The position numbers were made by a program, and so were the translations under genes. Below, piece after piece: positions 19,240-28,880 of a stretch of DNA of 64,000 nucleotides. Source of the DNA: an uncultured Candidatus Cloacimonadota bacterium (GTDB lineage: Bacteria > Cloacimonadota > Cloacimonadia > Cloacimonadales > Cloacimonadaceae); assembly GCA_964429035.1 (NCBI GenBank), contig CAYSAT010000002.1:26626-90625 (forward strand). The letters are read 5' to 3'. The notes beneath the pieces were generated by a model. That model did no database searches. It saw nothing but the letters and a program-made list of their open reading frames with translations, and was not told the DNA's origin. Each line of letters starts with the position of its first letter. Positions within the stretch are counted from its first letter, which is position 1.

Positions 19240-19278
19240 GGGCTATGCTTCATTGGCAATGATGCAGAAGCATAGCCC
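19240..19278 (-). terminator. Possible stem-loop downstream of the GT2 gene
   Basis: GGGCTATGCTTC (19240-19251) and GAAGCATAGCCC (19267-19278) form a 12-bp perfect stem with a 15-nt loop, 29 nt after the stop at 19307. There is no clean U-tract, so this is weak. Confidence 0.25.
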
Positions 19279-19306
19279 AGGTCATCACGTGCAATTGAAT
19301 TTGCCA

Positions 19307-20257
19307 TTAGTTATTGTAGATAAGCCGATGCTCCACCATGAGGGGGTTCTGTTCCGGTATTAGCCTGGCAGCCAGCTTCGAGCCGTAGAAGCCGGTTTTG
19401 GATATGGCGCAGAGTCCCGCGATAACCAGGAAGATGGGCTTCAACCGCCTGTAACCGGAACAGGATGCAGACGCTTGCTGATAATAATGCAGCGCTTTTC
19501 GCTGTTGATTGTTCCTGAGATACCACAGCGCAACCGAATAAGCCCAGAATGCCTTCTCCTCCGGAAACATCAGGTGCCCCACCTCCCCGAGCAACTGGAT
19601 CTTGCCCAGGGCTCCGTTTTCACCCTTGCTGGTGGATTCTTCGCTGTGGTACATGGTGGTCACCACGTCGGCATGGTGGGCATAGGTGTACTTCGCGGCC
19701 AGGCGGTAGCTTAGTTCAATCTCCTGCATGGCCCTCATTTTGGGATTGAAGCCTCCCACCTCTTCCAGGAGCGTTTTTTCGATCATCCAGCGGCTGGGAA
19801 AACCGGCGCCGGAGCCCCTGAGCACAGTCTTATCCGTTCTTTTCAAAGCGCCGCTCTGGCGATCCCTAACCTCATGCCAGGATACAATGAACCGGGAACC
19901 CGAGCTTTGCATGGCCCGCAGCTGGCTGGCAAAGCGGTGCGGCAAACTGACATCGTCATCGTCCAGAAAGGCTATGTATTTCCCAGACGCTTGCCCGATG
20001 CCCAGGTTGCGGGCATAGTTCGCGCCTTTGTTCGGATTCCGGAAACACTTGATGCGTTGATCTGCCGCGGCATATTCCGAAATAACCTCCCAAGTGTCAT
20101 CTGTGGACTGGTCGTCGACCAGGATCAACTCCCAGTTGGCATAGCTTTGGGCTAGGGTGCTCTCGATCGCCTGCCTGACTATTTGAGCGCGGTTGAAAGT
20201 GGCGATCACGCAGGATACTAAAATGGGATCAGCATCGGACGTGAATACCTCACTCAT
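19307..20257 (-). CDS. Glycosyltransferase family 2
   Basis: 316 aa; VSCVIATFNRAQIVRQAIESTLAQSY..ELILVDDQSTDDT and FLDDDDV (DxD). Confidence 0.85.
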   Translation of the reverse strand: MSEVFTSDADPILVSCVIATFNRAQIVRQAIESTLAQSYANWELILVDDQSTDDTWEVISEYAAADQRIKCFRNPNKGANYARNLGIGQASGKYIAFLDDDDVSLPHRFASQLRAMQSSGSRFIVSWHEVRDRQSGALKRTDKTVLRGSGAGFPSRWMIEKTLLEEVGGFNPKMRAMQEIELSYRLAAKYTYAHHADVVTTMYHSEESTSKGENGALGKIQLLGEVGHLMFPEEKAFWAYSVALWYLRNNQQRKALHYYQQASASCSGYRRLKPIFLVIAGLCAISKTGFYGSKLAARLIPEQNPLMVEHRLIYNN

Positions 20258-20374
20258 TTATGGTTATATCCCTCAAATGCAAGCTCCGCGCAGGCATGGC
20301 GAGCAGAATCCAGACACCAGCGCTAATTGAACAGGGGGCGGAACATCAAGACCGCGAACCGCAGACGCCAATTT

Positions 20375-21463
20375 TTACCCAGTCGCTCCGGCGTACTTGC
20401 CGAGCTTCTTCAACGCAAGGGACCTGAACGCCTTATGCAACAATGGAGCAGTGGCAATGGTAGAATACATCCGGTTTTTCCTGGAAATGCCCTGGCTTCC
20501 AGCCGCGTCGATGATCTTCTGCTTCGCCACTTTCAAAAGGGCGGTATCGCCGGTTAAAAAAGCCGAAGACATGATGCTGTTATTGAAGCTCACATGGAGT
20601 TGCCTTTCCGTCTCCGGAGCGCAGCCGTATTTATCTACGAAATACTGGTAAAGCTCATATTCCTTTTGCCGGAACCGCAGTTTCTTCGCCACATCAGAGC
20701 TTTGCGTCGCCGATTCCGTGATGATCCTGCGGACAGCCGTGGATTCAGGCAAATAATGGAATTTCGTGATCCGGGAGAGGCTGAGCCAGATGTAGGTATC
20801 CCAGCTGATGAAGCCCTTGGCTGGTTCCATGTCTACTTTATACTTGTCTTCCAGGCGGGTCAGGGCAGTGCAGTTAAAAACATGGTACTCTCTCTTCAGC
20901 AAACTATCATAGACAGGGTCTTCAGGCATCGGTAATCTTTGCGATCTGTGGTAGTTATGCACCATTTTGTTACTGGCTTCATACAGTATATCAGCGTCTG
21001 TATGCACCATGCCGCAGTCAGGATGCTCCTCCATGTAATCGACCTGTTTCTGCAGTTTGTAGGGATCCGTCCAGTAATCGTCCCCCTCGCAGGATGCGTA
21101 GTATCTCCCTCTAACAAGCGGGCCTAGGATTCTTTTAATAAACTGGAAGCCAAGTTTGCTATACTGGTTTTCCTTTTGGTAAATTGCCATAATAATATGG
21201 GGATGCTGTTGTTCATATTCTCTGATAATTTTGGCAGTTCCATCAGTCGAGGCATCATCGTGGATGAGAACCACAAATGGAAAATCCGTCACTTGCAACA
21301 AAAAACTCTCTATAGCTTGCGCAATATAGGTCTCATGATTGTAAGCAAGGCATACGATGCTGACCAAAGGATTGGCATTCTGAACTCGGTCCGTCAGTTC
21401 ATCTAGTACAGCCGGTTTTTTCTGCATTACGCTGCTGGCTCTAGCACCTTTATCGGGATTCAT
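20375..21463 (-). CDS. Glycosyltransferase family 2
   Basis: 362 aa; VSIVCLAYNHETYIAQAIESFLLQ...VLIHDDASTDGT. ATG 21463 has AGGAA upstream; ATG 21427 is an alternative. Confidence 0.85.
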   Translation of the reverse strand: MNPDKGARASSVMQKKPAVLDELTDRVQNANPLVSIVCLAYNHETYIAQAIESFLLQVTDFPFVVLIHDDASTDGTAKIIREYEQQHPHIIMAIYQKENQYSKLGFQFIKRILGPLVRGRYYASCEGDDYWTDPYKLQKQVDYMEEHPDCGMVHTDADILYEASNKMVHNYHRSQRLPMPEDPVYDSLLKREYHVFNCTALTRLEDKYKVDMEPAKGFISWDTYIWLSLSRITKFHYLPESTAVRRIITESATQSSDVAKKLRFRQKEYELYQYFVDKYGCAPETERQLHVSFNNSIMSSAFLTGDTALLKVAKQKIIDAAGSQGISRKNRMYSTIATAPLLHKAFRSLALKKLGKYAGATG

Positions 21464-22055
21464 TCACATTTCCTGGGTCATTGATTTTGACCACTTTTGC
21501 CGGTATCCCAACAACGGTTGCATAATCCGGAACGTCTTTGGTTACAACCGCTCCAGCGCCTATTCTTGAAAATTTGCCGATGTAATTGCATGATGAGAGA
21601 ATGATGGCCCTTAGGCCTATGTATGCCCCCTCTTCTATTACCAATCTGGTTGGGATGTTTTTATCCTCTCCCAAAGCATAGGCCTCAAGATCCCGGTGAT
21701 GGCTCTCAATAATCACACCGGAAGCAAGTCTAACGTCAGATTTGATGATCACTTCACCGCTATAGTCGATGAAAACGTCCCGGGTAAGCACCACATTATC
21801 TCCCAGTGACAGTTTTCCGATAAAACCATGAACTCTTTGTAAAATTACATTGTGCTCGATATAGGGCTTTTCCCCAAATCTAAAGTGCTTTTTATACGCC
21901 CTTAAGCGATATTTATACGTTTGCGGGAAACTGAACCATTTGGACCCGTAAAATGTGAAACACCACCGCCGTTTAATCTGTTCTTTTCTGTATTGTTTGT
22001 ATCCTTCCTTGGTCACTACTTGAGAGTCCGGAGTCGATACGCCTTGAACATTCAT
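21450..22055 (-). CDS. Hexapeptide-repeat acetyltransferase
   Basis: 201 aa; LbH repeats (LGDNVVLTRDVFIDYSGEVIIKSDVRLASGVII...IGLRAIILSSCNYIGKFSRIGAGAVVTKDVPDYATVVGIPAKVV). Confidence 0.75.
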   Translation of the reverse strand: MNVQGVSTPDSQVVTKEGYKQYRKEQIKRRWCFTFYGSKWFSFPQTYKYRLRAYKKHFRFGEKPYIEHNVILQRVHGFIGKLSLGDNVVLTRDVFIDYSGEVIIKSDVRLASGVIIESHHRDLEAYALGEDKNIPTRLVIEEGAYIGLRAIILSSCNYIGKFSRIGAGAVVTKDVPDYATVVGIPAKVVKINDPGNVNESR

Positions 22056-22155
22056 GATTTAATTCCTTTTGTATCTGCGATAACTAGTTAGTAGTTGATA
22101 TGGAGATAGCCCGTTTAAAATGCATTGTAAGATAGTACGTATCCTGTGTCAACTG

Positions 22156-22797
22156 CTATACGGTTTTCGCTGGATTCCCAAAAACCGTCACGCCCGGTTT
22201 GACATCACGGATAACCACGCTGCCAGTGCCTACCGTTGCGCCGTCCCCGATCTTAATTCCCGGAATCAAAACAGCGCATGAGCCGATGGTAACGTTTTCG
22301 CCGATGATACAACCGCCTCCTACCTGGACCCGAGCAAATAGGGTTGTATAGTCTCCGATCACCGTATCATGCCCAACCTGTGTGCCACCGTTCACAAAGA
22401 CCAGAATCCCCAGTTTCACATTAGCAGACAAGACGCTATAGGCGGCCACGATGGATCCTTCACCGATCTGGTTGAATTTCCCGATCCTGGCGGTAGCGTT
22501 GACATAGGTCACAATGTTGGTTTTGGCCTTCAGATGCCTGTAGATCTTCAGTTTCCAGTCCGCCTGAGTTACCGCTATCAGGCAATGGTCATCTTTGGTA
22601 AGTGGGTAATCCTCCCAACTGCCAAGTATGTTGTAATCGCTTGGATATCCTTCCAGGGGGGATTTTCCGCTATTTGTATGCAGATAACCTTGAATATTCC
22701 AAAGCAACGCATCCGCAGGAGTAATTTCAATGGCAGATTCCAGTTCCCGACCAAAGTTCGCTGCACCCACGATGAAGAGTTTTTTCCTAATGGGCAT
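22156..22797 (-). CDS. NeuD/PglD/VioB-family amino-sugar N-acyltransferase
   Basis: 213 aa. N-terminal Rossmann-like KLFIVGAANFGRELE, then an LbH domain with VGHDTVIG (general-base His context) and a VFGNPAKTV end. Confidence 0.8.
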   Translation of the reverse strand: MPIRKKLFIVGAANFGRELESAIEITPADALLWNIQGYLHTNSGKSPLEGYPSDYNILGSWEDYPLTKDDHCLIAVTQADWKLKIYRHLKAKTNIVTYVNATARIGKFNQIGEGSIVAAYSVLSANVKLGILVFVNGGTQVGHDTVIGDYTTLFARVQVGGGCIIGENVTIGSCAVLIPGIKIGDGATVGTGSVVIRDVKPGVTVFGNPAKTV

Positions 22798-23551
22798 TCA
22801 AGCCACCGTCCACGATCAGATTGGTCCCAGTGATCCACCGCGAAGCATCGGCCATAAGGTACACGCAGGCATTTGCCACATCCTGAGGTTCGCCCAAACC
22901 CAAAAGAAATTCCCCGGTTCTTTGAGCCAACTGCTCGCTGTTCAATTGCGCTAAAACATCCCGGACTATATCGGTCATTATTAAACCTGGAGAAACACAA
23001 TTAACTCGCACTTTCTTCTTTGCCAGTTCGATCGCCATTGAGCGAACCGCAGAGATCAATGCCCCTTTGGTCGAGGCATAGCCTGTGACTCCCGCCCTGC
23101 CTTTGATCCCACTTATAGAGCTGATAAAGACGATACTGGAACCTTCCGGGGGAATGTGCCTGGGGTTGGTGACCAACTTAGCAATTTCCAAAGCAGGATA
23201 CAGGTTTACCTCAAACAGTTTCCTGTAATTGTCTATTTTCATTTGCCTGAAGGCCATCGTCAATTGGATACCTGCTGAATGTATAAAGCCGTGGATCTGA
23301 TTGAATCTATCCAATACCAGTACCAACGCGTCATGCAGATCCCCCTCTGAAGTGATATCAACCGGTACAATGAGATGGTTCCCCTCTTTCATTAAGCCCA
23401 AGGTCTCTTTCAGACGCATGCTATCTCTAGACATAAGCGTTACATTAGAACCCCTGTTACTGCACTCGATGGCACACTGCCGACCTATTCCGGAGGAAGC
23501 GCCGGTAATGATTACATTTTTTCCATCTAGTCTGAATTGATCGTGATTCAA
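22787..23551 (-). CDS. Short-chain dehydrogenase/reductase, FabG-like ketoreductase (SDR-3)
   Basis: 254 aa; VIITGASSGIGRQCAIE, YASTK (YxxxK), VNCVSPGLI. The TTG start lies 2 nt after the upstream stop. Confidence 0.85.
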   Translation of the reverse strand: MNHDQFRLDGKNVIITGASSGIGRQCAIECSNRGSNVTLMSRDSMRLKETLGLMKEGNHLIVPVDITSEGDLHDALVLVLDRFNQIHGFIHSAGIQLTMAFRQMKIDNYRKLFEVNLYPALEIAKLVTNPRHIPPEGSSIVFISSISGIKGRAGVTGYASTKGALISAVRSMAIELAKKKVRVNCVSPGLIMTDIVRDVLAQLNSEQLAQRTGEFLLGLGEPQDVANACVYLMADASRWITGTNLIVDGGLNAH

Positions 23552-23552
23552 T

Positions 23553-24614
23553 TCAGATCTCCACCAGATCGCTTATTTTAGGATTGTCCAAACGGATTAT
23601 GGCGCTGGCCCAAGAAAGTCCCACTCCAAAAGCGGATAAAAGTAAGGTGCTTTTCCGGTTTGGTAAGTTCCCCGCGAGTTCGGTGACCATGGTGAGCGGC
23701 AGCGAAACGGAGCTAAGGTTGCCAAAACGGTCCAGTGAAAGGGGTATCTTCTCCATCGGAATCTTCATCTTCCTGGAGATGTGCTTGATGATGAACAGAT
23801 TCGCCTGATGGAAAATGAAATGGTCAATATCCTCCACTCCGATATGTGTACGCTCCATTAATTCCCTGATATCTTTAGGCACTTCAGTTATCGTGAAATC
23901 AAAAACGGCCGGGCCGTCCATTCTGGCCTGTTCGTCACTGCGAATGCTGCCGTCCTCGCGTAGTAAAGGTTCCAGTGTCGCGGCAGAAGTGGGATTGCGA
24001 TAAGCACCACCGTCCTTGATTATCGCCTGGTATCCTGATCCGTCTGTGTTAAGGCTGAAGCCTGATTTTAGCTCGGCATCACCCAATCTTTCAACTAGTG
24101 CGGCCGTAGCCCCGTCCCCGAAAAGCAAGGAAGTGGCTCTATCTGTTTTGGATATGTAATTGACAATCACATGTCCATTCACCAGCAGAATCCTGTTCAT
24201 TGATTTGTTCTGCAACAGGCTATAGGCCATGTTCAAGGCGTAAACGAAGCCGCTGCAGCCCATGCTGATATCATAACACATAGTGGACTCAGGAAGCCTG
24301 AGTTTATCATGTAGAATGAATGAGGTTGGGGGCACCCTGTAATCTGGAGTGGCGTTACAGAATATCATAGCATCAATGCTTCTCGCATCGATGTCATTAT
24401 CGCTAAGCAATTTGGCGGTTGCGGAAAAAGCCATATCCGAAGCAACAATATCAGCACTGGACCAGCGCCTGAATTCAATGCCGGTCATCTTGATAACCTT
24501 GTCAGCTTCTTCATCCGAAAAGAAATCCGAGAAGGATTTGTTGTCGGCCACACGCTTGGGGGTGCATGCACTCATGGCTGTTATGGCCACGTTATCATAT
24601 TCGAAATATGCCAT
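23553..24614 (-). CDS. 3-oxoacyl-ACP synthase III (FabH-like), catalytic triad intact (KAS-4)
   Basis: 353 aa; YDISMGCSGF (Cys), FIFHQANLF (His), FGNLSSVSLP (Asn). GAGGAG before the ATG. Confidence 0.85.
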   Translation of the reverse strand: MAYFEYDNVAITAMSACTPKRVADNKSFSDFFSDEEADKVIKMTGIEFRRWSSADIVASDMAFSATAKLLSDNDIDARSIDAMIFCNATPDYRVPPTSFILHDKLRLPESTMCYDISMGCSGFVYALNMAYSLLQNKSMNRILLVNGHVIVNYISKTDRATSLLFGDGATAALVERLGDAELKSGFSLNTDGSGYQAIIKDGGAYRNPTSAATLEPLLREDGSIRSDEQARMDGPAVFDFTITEVPKDIRELMERTHIGVEDIDHFIFHQANLFIIKHISRKMKIPMEKIPLSLDRFGNLSSVSLPLTMVTELAGNLPNRKSTLLLSAFGVGLSWASAIIRLDNPKISDLVEI

Positions 24615-24623
24615 ATTAACTCC

Positions 24624-25394
24624 TCAGTGAGCTGTGTAGCCGCCGTCCACGATCATATTGGTACCGGTGACGAAGGATGCAGCGCGAGAAATCAGATAAA
24701 CGCATGCCAGAGCCACGTCAGTAGGTTTGCCCAGCCCTAAAACCTGATTTTTCAACATGTTTTCCATCGCGTTGGCGGGAACCTTGTCTTCATATCTGTC
24801 GTTCATCTCTGTATCGATGATACCTGGAGAGATAGCATTGACCCGGATCTTTTTCCTGCCCAGTTCCATGGCCATAGACCTGACTCCGGATATCAACGCC
24901 CCTTTGCTGCTGCAATAGGCCGTTTTCAAACCTTCGCCAACCACTGACATAACAGAAGAAATGAACACATAACTGGCTCCGGTTTCTGGATAAGATCCTT
25001 TTTTGGAAAGCAGGCGTACAAACTCAAAACCTGAAATGACATTAATCCGGAACTCTCTTTCGTATATCTCCGGTTTGGTTAAATGTATCGGAAACGTGCC
25101 GCCAATGCCCGCAGAATGGATGAAGCCTGCCATAGCGCCCAGTTTATCGACGGAGTCCCGCACGATGTTTTGGATATTAACATAATCCGAGATGTCGGCA
25201 GCGTAGCTCAGATGTGATCCCGGTTTGAGCAGGGACAGAGTCTGTTCCAGCCGATCCCTGTTTCTTCCGATCAAGACAACGTTGGCGCCATAGCGGCTGC
25301 ACTGGATGGCGCATTCCCTGCCGATTCCGGATGACGCTCCGGTGATCATCACGTTCAGACCTGCCAGGCCAAAGTTGCTTTTTTCGATGTCCAT
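24624..25394 (-). CDS. Short-chain dehydrogenase/reductase, FabG-like ketoreductase (SDR-2)
   Basis: 256 aa; VMITGASSGIGRECAIQ, YCSSK, VNAISPGII. Clear paralog of 22787..23551. Confidence 0.85.
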   Translation of the reverse strand: MDIEKSNFGLAGLNVMITGASSGIGRECAIQCSRYGANVVLIGRNRDRLEQTLSLLKPGSHLSYAADISDYVNIQNIVRDSVDKLGAMAGFIHSAGIGGTFPIHLTKPEIYEREFRINVISGFEFVRLLSKKGSYPETGASYVFISSVMSVVGEGLKTAYCSSKGALISGVRSMAMELGRKKIRVNAISPGIIDTEMNDRYEDKVPANAMENMLKNQVLGLGKPTDVALACVYLISRAASFVTGTNMIVDGGYTAH

Positions 25395-25397
25395 TAT

Positions 25398-26453
25398 TCA
25401 GATTTCCATCAGTTCGGAGCGATAAGTGTTTTCCAGGACTACCAGAGCCGAAGCCAGGGATAACCCGGCGCCGGCAGCGCATAGCATCACTACCTGCTTT
25501 TCCGTGCGGCCCATGCCAATATCTTTAAGCAAACTCAGAACAAAGGCTGCGGAGCCAGTGTCTCCAAAGCGTTCTACAGCATTAAGCGCTTTCTCGGCTG
25601 GGAATCCGGCCGAGTTCACGATGAGGTCGTTAGTTTTCTTGTCAAAGGCGTGAGGAATGATCCGGGAAACCTCATCCGCCTGCATCCCCGCCGCATCAAA
25701 TAACGACATGATTTGCGGTTGCACAGCTGTCTGCACATAGCGCTGCAGGGCCTCGATATCCACATGGCACTGCTCGTCCGAGCGGACGCTGCCGTCAGGA
25801 TAGTTCTTTTCCCGCAGGCTTTCCAAGCTGCTGGGGTTCCGGTAGCCACCCGCGGGGATCATGACGCTGGCGTTTTGGCCCGCGTTGGTGGAAAATAGAA
25901 AGTGGGACCTCTCCGCTGTTTCCGATTTTCCCAACAAGCAAGCGGTGCCGGCATCGCCAAACACCAGGCCGGTGGTCCGGTCTTTGAATGAATACGCCTT
26001 GGAGGCTGTTTCCCCGCAGAGCAGCAAGACATGCCTGACGTTTTTGCTCTGCAGGAGTGAAAAGCCCAGGCTCAGGCCCAGCAAAAAGCCCGGAGGGCCA
26101 AGATTGATATCGTAGGTGGCACAGCTTTTAGCAAAGCCCAGCTTGTGCTGCAGCACATTGCTGGTTCCGGGCGTCTTGTAATCCGGGGTTTGGGTGTTCA
26201 CGATCAAGACGTCGATCTGACTGCGCTCGATGCCCATTTCGCCCAGAAGCTTTTCCGCGGCAGCCTGGCAAAGGTCGGAAGCACAGATTTCCGGGGGCGC
26301 AAGGCGTCTCTGCAGCACCCCAGTCCGTTCAACGATCTCCCTCGCTTCATCCGGGCTGAAGAAACTGCTGTCCGTCAGATTGTTGAAAATCTTGCGGGGA
26401 ACAGCCCCGGCCACTCCCAGGATCGCGGTCCCGTCAAACTGTAGGTATGCCAT
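25398..26453 (-). CDS. KASIII-fold protein with degenerate active site (KAS-3; Cys->Pro, Asn->Asp)
   Basis: 351 aa, full-length paralog of 23553..24614 (GGYRNPSS, DGSVRSDEQ, C-terminal SELMEI). It reads YDINLGPPGF, IIPHAFDKK and FGDTGSAAF at the three catalytic positions. Confidence 0.8.
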   Translation of the reverse strand: MAYLQFDGTAILGVAGAVPRKIFNNLTDSSFFSPDEAREIVERTGVLQRRLAPPEICASDLCQAAAEKLLGEMGIERSQIDVLIVNTQTPDYKTPGTSNVLQHKLGFAKSCATYDINLGPPGFLLGLSLGFSLLQSKNVRHVLLLCGETASKAYSFKDRTTGLVFGDAGTACLLGKSETAERSHFLFSTNAGQNASVMIPAGGYRNPSSLESLREKNYPDGSVRSDEQCHVDIEALQRYVQTAVQPQIMSLFDAAGMQADEVSRIIPHAFDKKTNDLIVNSAGFPAEKALNAVERFGDTGSAAFVLSLLKDIGMGRTEKQVVMLCAAGAGLSLASALVVLENTYRSELMEI

Positions 26454-26465
26454 TGTCTATCCCAG

Positions 26466-26687
26466 TCAGGAATTTTGCGAGATATAGGCGTAAACTTCGC
26501 CCAGAGTTAGCATTTGCTTGAACTCGTCTCTGGGAATGACCAGCCCGTATTCCTCATCAATCAGAGAAATAAAGGTCAAGTGTGCCAGAGAGTCCCATTC
26601 GGGGTAATCCCTGAAGATGTCCTCGGGTTTCACGGTGCCTTCATCCCTTTCCAGGGCTTCTGTGATGAGATTGATGAATTTCTCCAT
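26466..26687 (-). CDS. Acyl carrier protein (ACP-2)
   Basis: 73 aa, acidic; YPEWDSLAHLTFISLIDEEYG Ser attachment context. AGGAG before the ATG. Confidence 0.8.
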   Translation of the reverse strand: MEKFINLITEALERDEGTVKPEDIFRDYPEWDSLAHLTFISLIDEEYGLVIPRDEFKQMLTLGEVYAYISQNS

Positions 26688-26722
26688 TTTATGCTCCTTA
26701 TGCTTACTTGTTTTGGCAATTT

Positions 26723-28108
26723 TTAGGTATAGAGTACCTTACCAAATTCGTTCCGCGGAATCTCGGCCTGGCAGGATATCTCCACAGCCAAAGACTGGAT
26801 CCCGGTTTTGTCAATAATATGTTTGCGGACCGCATCGACAGAGTCAGCCTTCGTAATAACCAGTTGCAGTTTGTCGTCCCTGCCGGCGCACAGGCATTCA
26901 ATGCCAAACTTTTCCCTGACCATAGTTTCAATTTCATCGAGGCTGACCCTGAGCCCGTAGATCTTGAGAAACCTGCTTTTCCTGCCAACGATATAGTAGC
27001 AGCCATCGGAATCCCTGCGGGCAATGTCCCCGGTGGGCAAAACCCCTTCGCGCTCGTCGCCTTTTATCAGGTCTTCGCCGCCATAGGCATAGCCCCAGGT
27101 AACGTTGGGACCCCGGTAAACCATCTCGCCTGTCGCCGCCATTTCCTTTATCTCACCGCCTGATTCGTCAATCAGGGCGAGTTCGCCGCCAGGAATGGCG
27201 CGACCGATGCTGCAGGTTTTTGTAACCGCCAATTCTGGAGGTAAGTATGCCATCCTGGCTGTCCCTTCGGTTTGTCCGTAGGTGGCATAGAACTTTCTGC
27301 CGCTCTGCTGGCAAAAATCCGCCAGTTTTTGGAACAAGGCAGCAGGGAGTTTTCCACCGCCCTGGCTCAAGGTGTTCAAGTGAGGTAAGTTCATCCTATA
27401 GAAACGCAATTTGTCCAGCACTTCGTAGCTGTAAGGCACTCCGGTAAAACTGCTGGCCTGGCACTCTCTCGCATAAGTCCAGAAAGAACTTTCCGTGAGG
27501 GCGGATGCGGCCAAAAGAACCGTGGCGCCGCTGCAGAGGTGGCTGTTGATAACTGAGAGCCCCATGGTGTATTGCATGGGCAGCGCAGCGAGGGAGCGCT
27601 CTCGTTCCTGAATGTCAAAAAACTCAGCCACGCTGCGGGCGCTGAATTCCAGGTTGGCATAGCTGTGCCGCACCAGTTTCGGGCTGCCGGTCGAACCCGA
27701 GGTCGTCAGCAGCAATGCCAGCTGCGGGTGCAGGGAAAACCCCGGCAAGCCTGTTTTGAGCAGCGCATAACCGCAGTGTTGAAGAACGCTCCGGAAGGGA
27801 AACTCAGCTTTGCACCAATCCGGCGCCCACAGATATCCAGGTTGATAAAGTTCGATCAGTTTTTGCAGCAGCTGGCGGTCCAGGTCCGCGCTAACAAGCA
27901 GAGGGACCAGTCCAGAGGCAAGGCTGGCAATGTAGCCGCTCAGCGAACCAACCGTGTTACTGGCCAGGATGAAGAGCAAAGACCTGGAGCCCACAGCATC
28001 AGCGAAACTTCCGGAAAAGTTGGCCAGATCACCATAACTTAGCTCGCATCCAGTCTCATCGACTGCCGCAATCGCTCCAGGATCTTTTTGCTCAAGATCT
28101 AAGTACAT
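26723..28108 (-). CDS. Adenylate-forming (ANL superfamily) acyl-CoA/acyl-ACP ligase
   Basis: ORF 26723..28228. The start is set at ATG 28108 (MYLDLEQKDPGAIAAVD), 5 nt after the upstream stop. LLLTTSGSTGSPKLV (A3 motif), YGQTEG, GDIARRDSDGCYYIVGR, FGKVLY. Confidence 0.85.
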   Translation of the reverse strand: MYLDLEQKDPGAIAAVDETGCELSYGDLANFSGSFADAVGSRSLLFILASNTVGSLSGYIASLASGLVPLLVSADLDRQLLQKLIELYQPGYLWAPDWCKAEFPFRSVLQHCGYALLKTGLPGFSLHPQLALLLTTSGSTGSPKLVRHSYANLEFSARSVAEFFDIQERERSLAALPMQYTMGLSVINSHLCSGATVLLAASALTESSFWTYARECQASSFTGVPYSYEVLDKLRFYRMNLPHLNTLSQGGGKLPAALFQKLADFCQQSGRKFYATYGQTEGTARMAYLPPELAVTKTCSIGRAIPGGELALIDESGGEIKEMAATGEMVYRGPNVTWGYAYGGEDLIKGDEREGVLPTGDIARRDSDGCYYIVGRKSRFLKIYGLRVSLDEIETMVREKFGIECLCAGRDDKLQLVITKADSVDAVRKHIIDKTGIQSLAVEISCQAEIPRNEFGKVLYT

Positions 28109-28112
28109 TCTT

Positions 28113-28868
28113 TTACAGGACCGTACAGCCGTCCACCCCGATGATCTGCCCTGAGATATAACTTGAGAGGTCGGAAGCCAGGAACACGCAGGCGTTGGCG
28201 ATTTCCTCCGGCTCTGCCAAACGGCCAAACCCGATGTTCGAGACCTTGTCCGAAAAATTGTCCTCCATAACTTGTTTCAGTCTCTCTGTAGCCACCATAC
28301 CCGGAGCTAGGGCATTTACCCTGATGTTGGCGGCAGCCAATTCCTTTGCGGCTGACTTCGTTATAGACACAACCGCCCCTTTGGAAGCGGAATATGCCAG
28401 CTGGCCACCAACGCCATTTACGCCCACGATACTAGACATGTTGATGATAGAGCCTGATTTGTTGCGCGCCATGACTCTGGATACCATTTGTATTAGATCA
28501 ATCATAGCAAACACATTTACATCGAACATGGCACGGAGGTTGTCTTTAGTGATCAAACTCATGAATTCGTAAGTGACAATACCCGCATTATTAACCAGTA
28601 CATCAATGCGGGATTGTTGCTTTCTGATACCGGCCAACGTTTCCTTGACTGCTACGGAGTCAGTGATATTAAAGTAACTGGGTATGATCGTGCCCGGCAA
28701 ATCAGCTGGCAATTCACCCAGCCAGGCATCGACTGAACCCGACACCACATCATTAGCGTAAACAACCGCCCCCTCCTCCGCAAAGCGCTGCGCAATGGCG
28801 CGGCCGATACCTCTTCCACATCCGGTCACCAGGGCGATCTTTCCTTCCAGAAGCCGTGTGCCGTTCAT
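28113..28868 (-). CDS. Short-chain dehydrogenase/reductase, FabG-like ketoreductase (SDR-1)
   Basis: 251 aa; IALVTGCGRGIGRAIA, NNAGI, YSASKGAV, VNALAPGMV. Confidence 0.85.
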   Translation of the reverse strand: MNGTRLLEGKIALVTGCGRGIGRAIAQRFAEEGAVVYANDVVSGSVDAWLGELPADLPGTIIPSYFNITDSVAVKETLAGIRKQQSRIDVLVNNAGIVTYEFMSLITKDNLRAMFDVNVFAMIDLIQMVSRVMARNKSGSIINMSSIVGVNGVGGQLAYSASKGAVVSITKSAAKELAAANIRVNALAPGMVATERLKQVMEDNFSDKVSNIGFGRLAEPEEIANACVFLASDLSSYISGQIIGVDGCTVL

Positions 28869-28880
28869 ATTATCTCTGCT

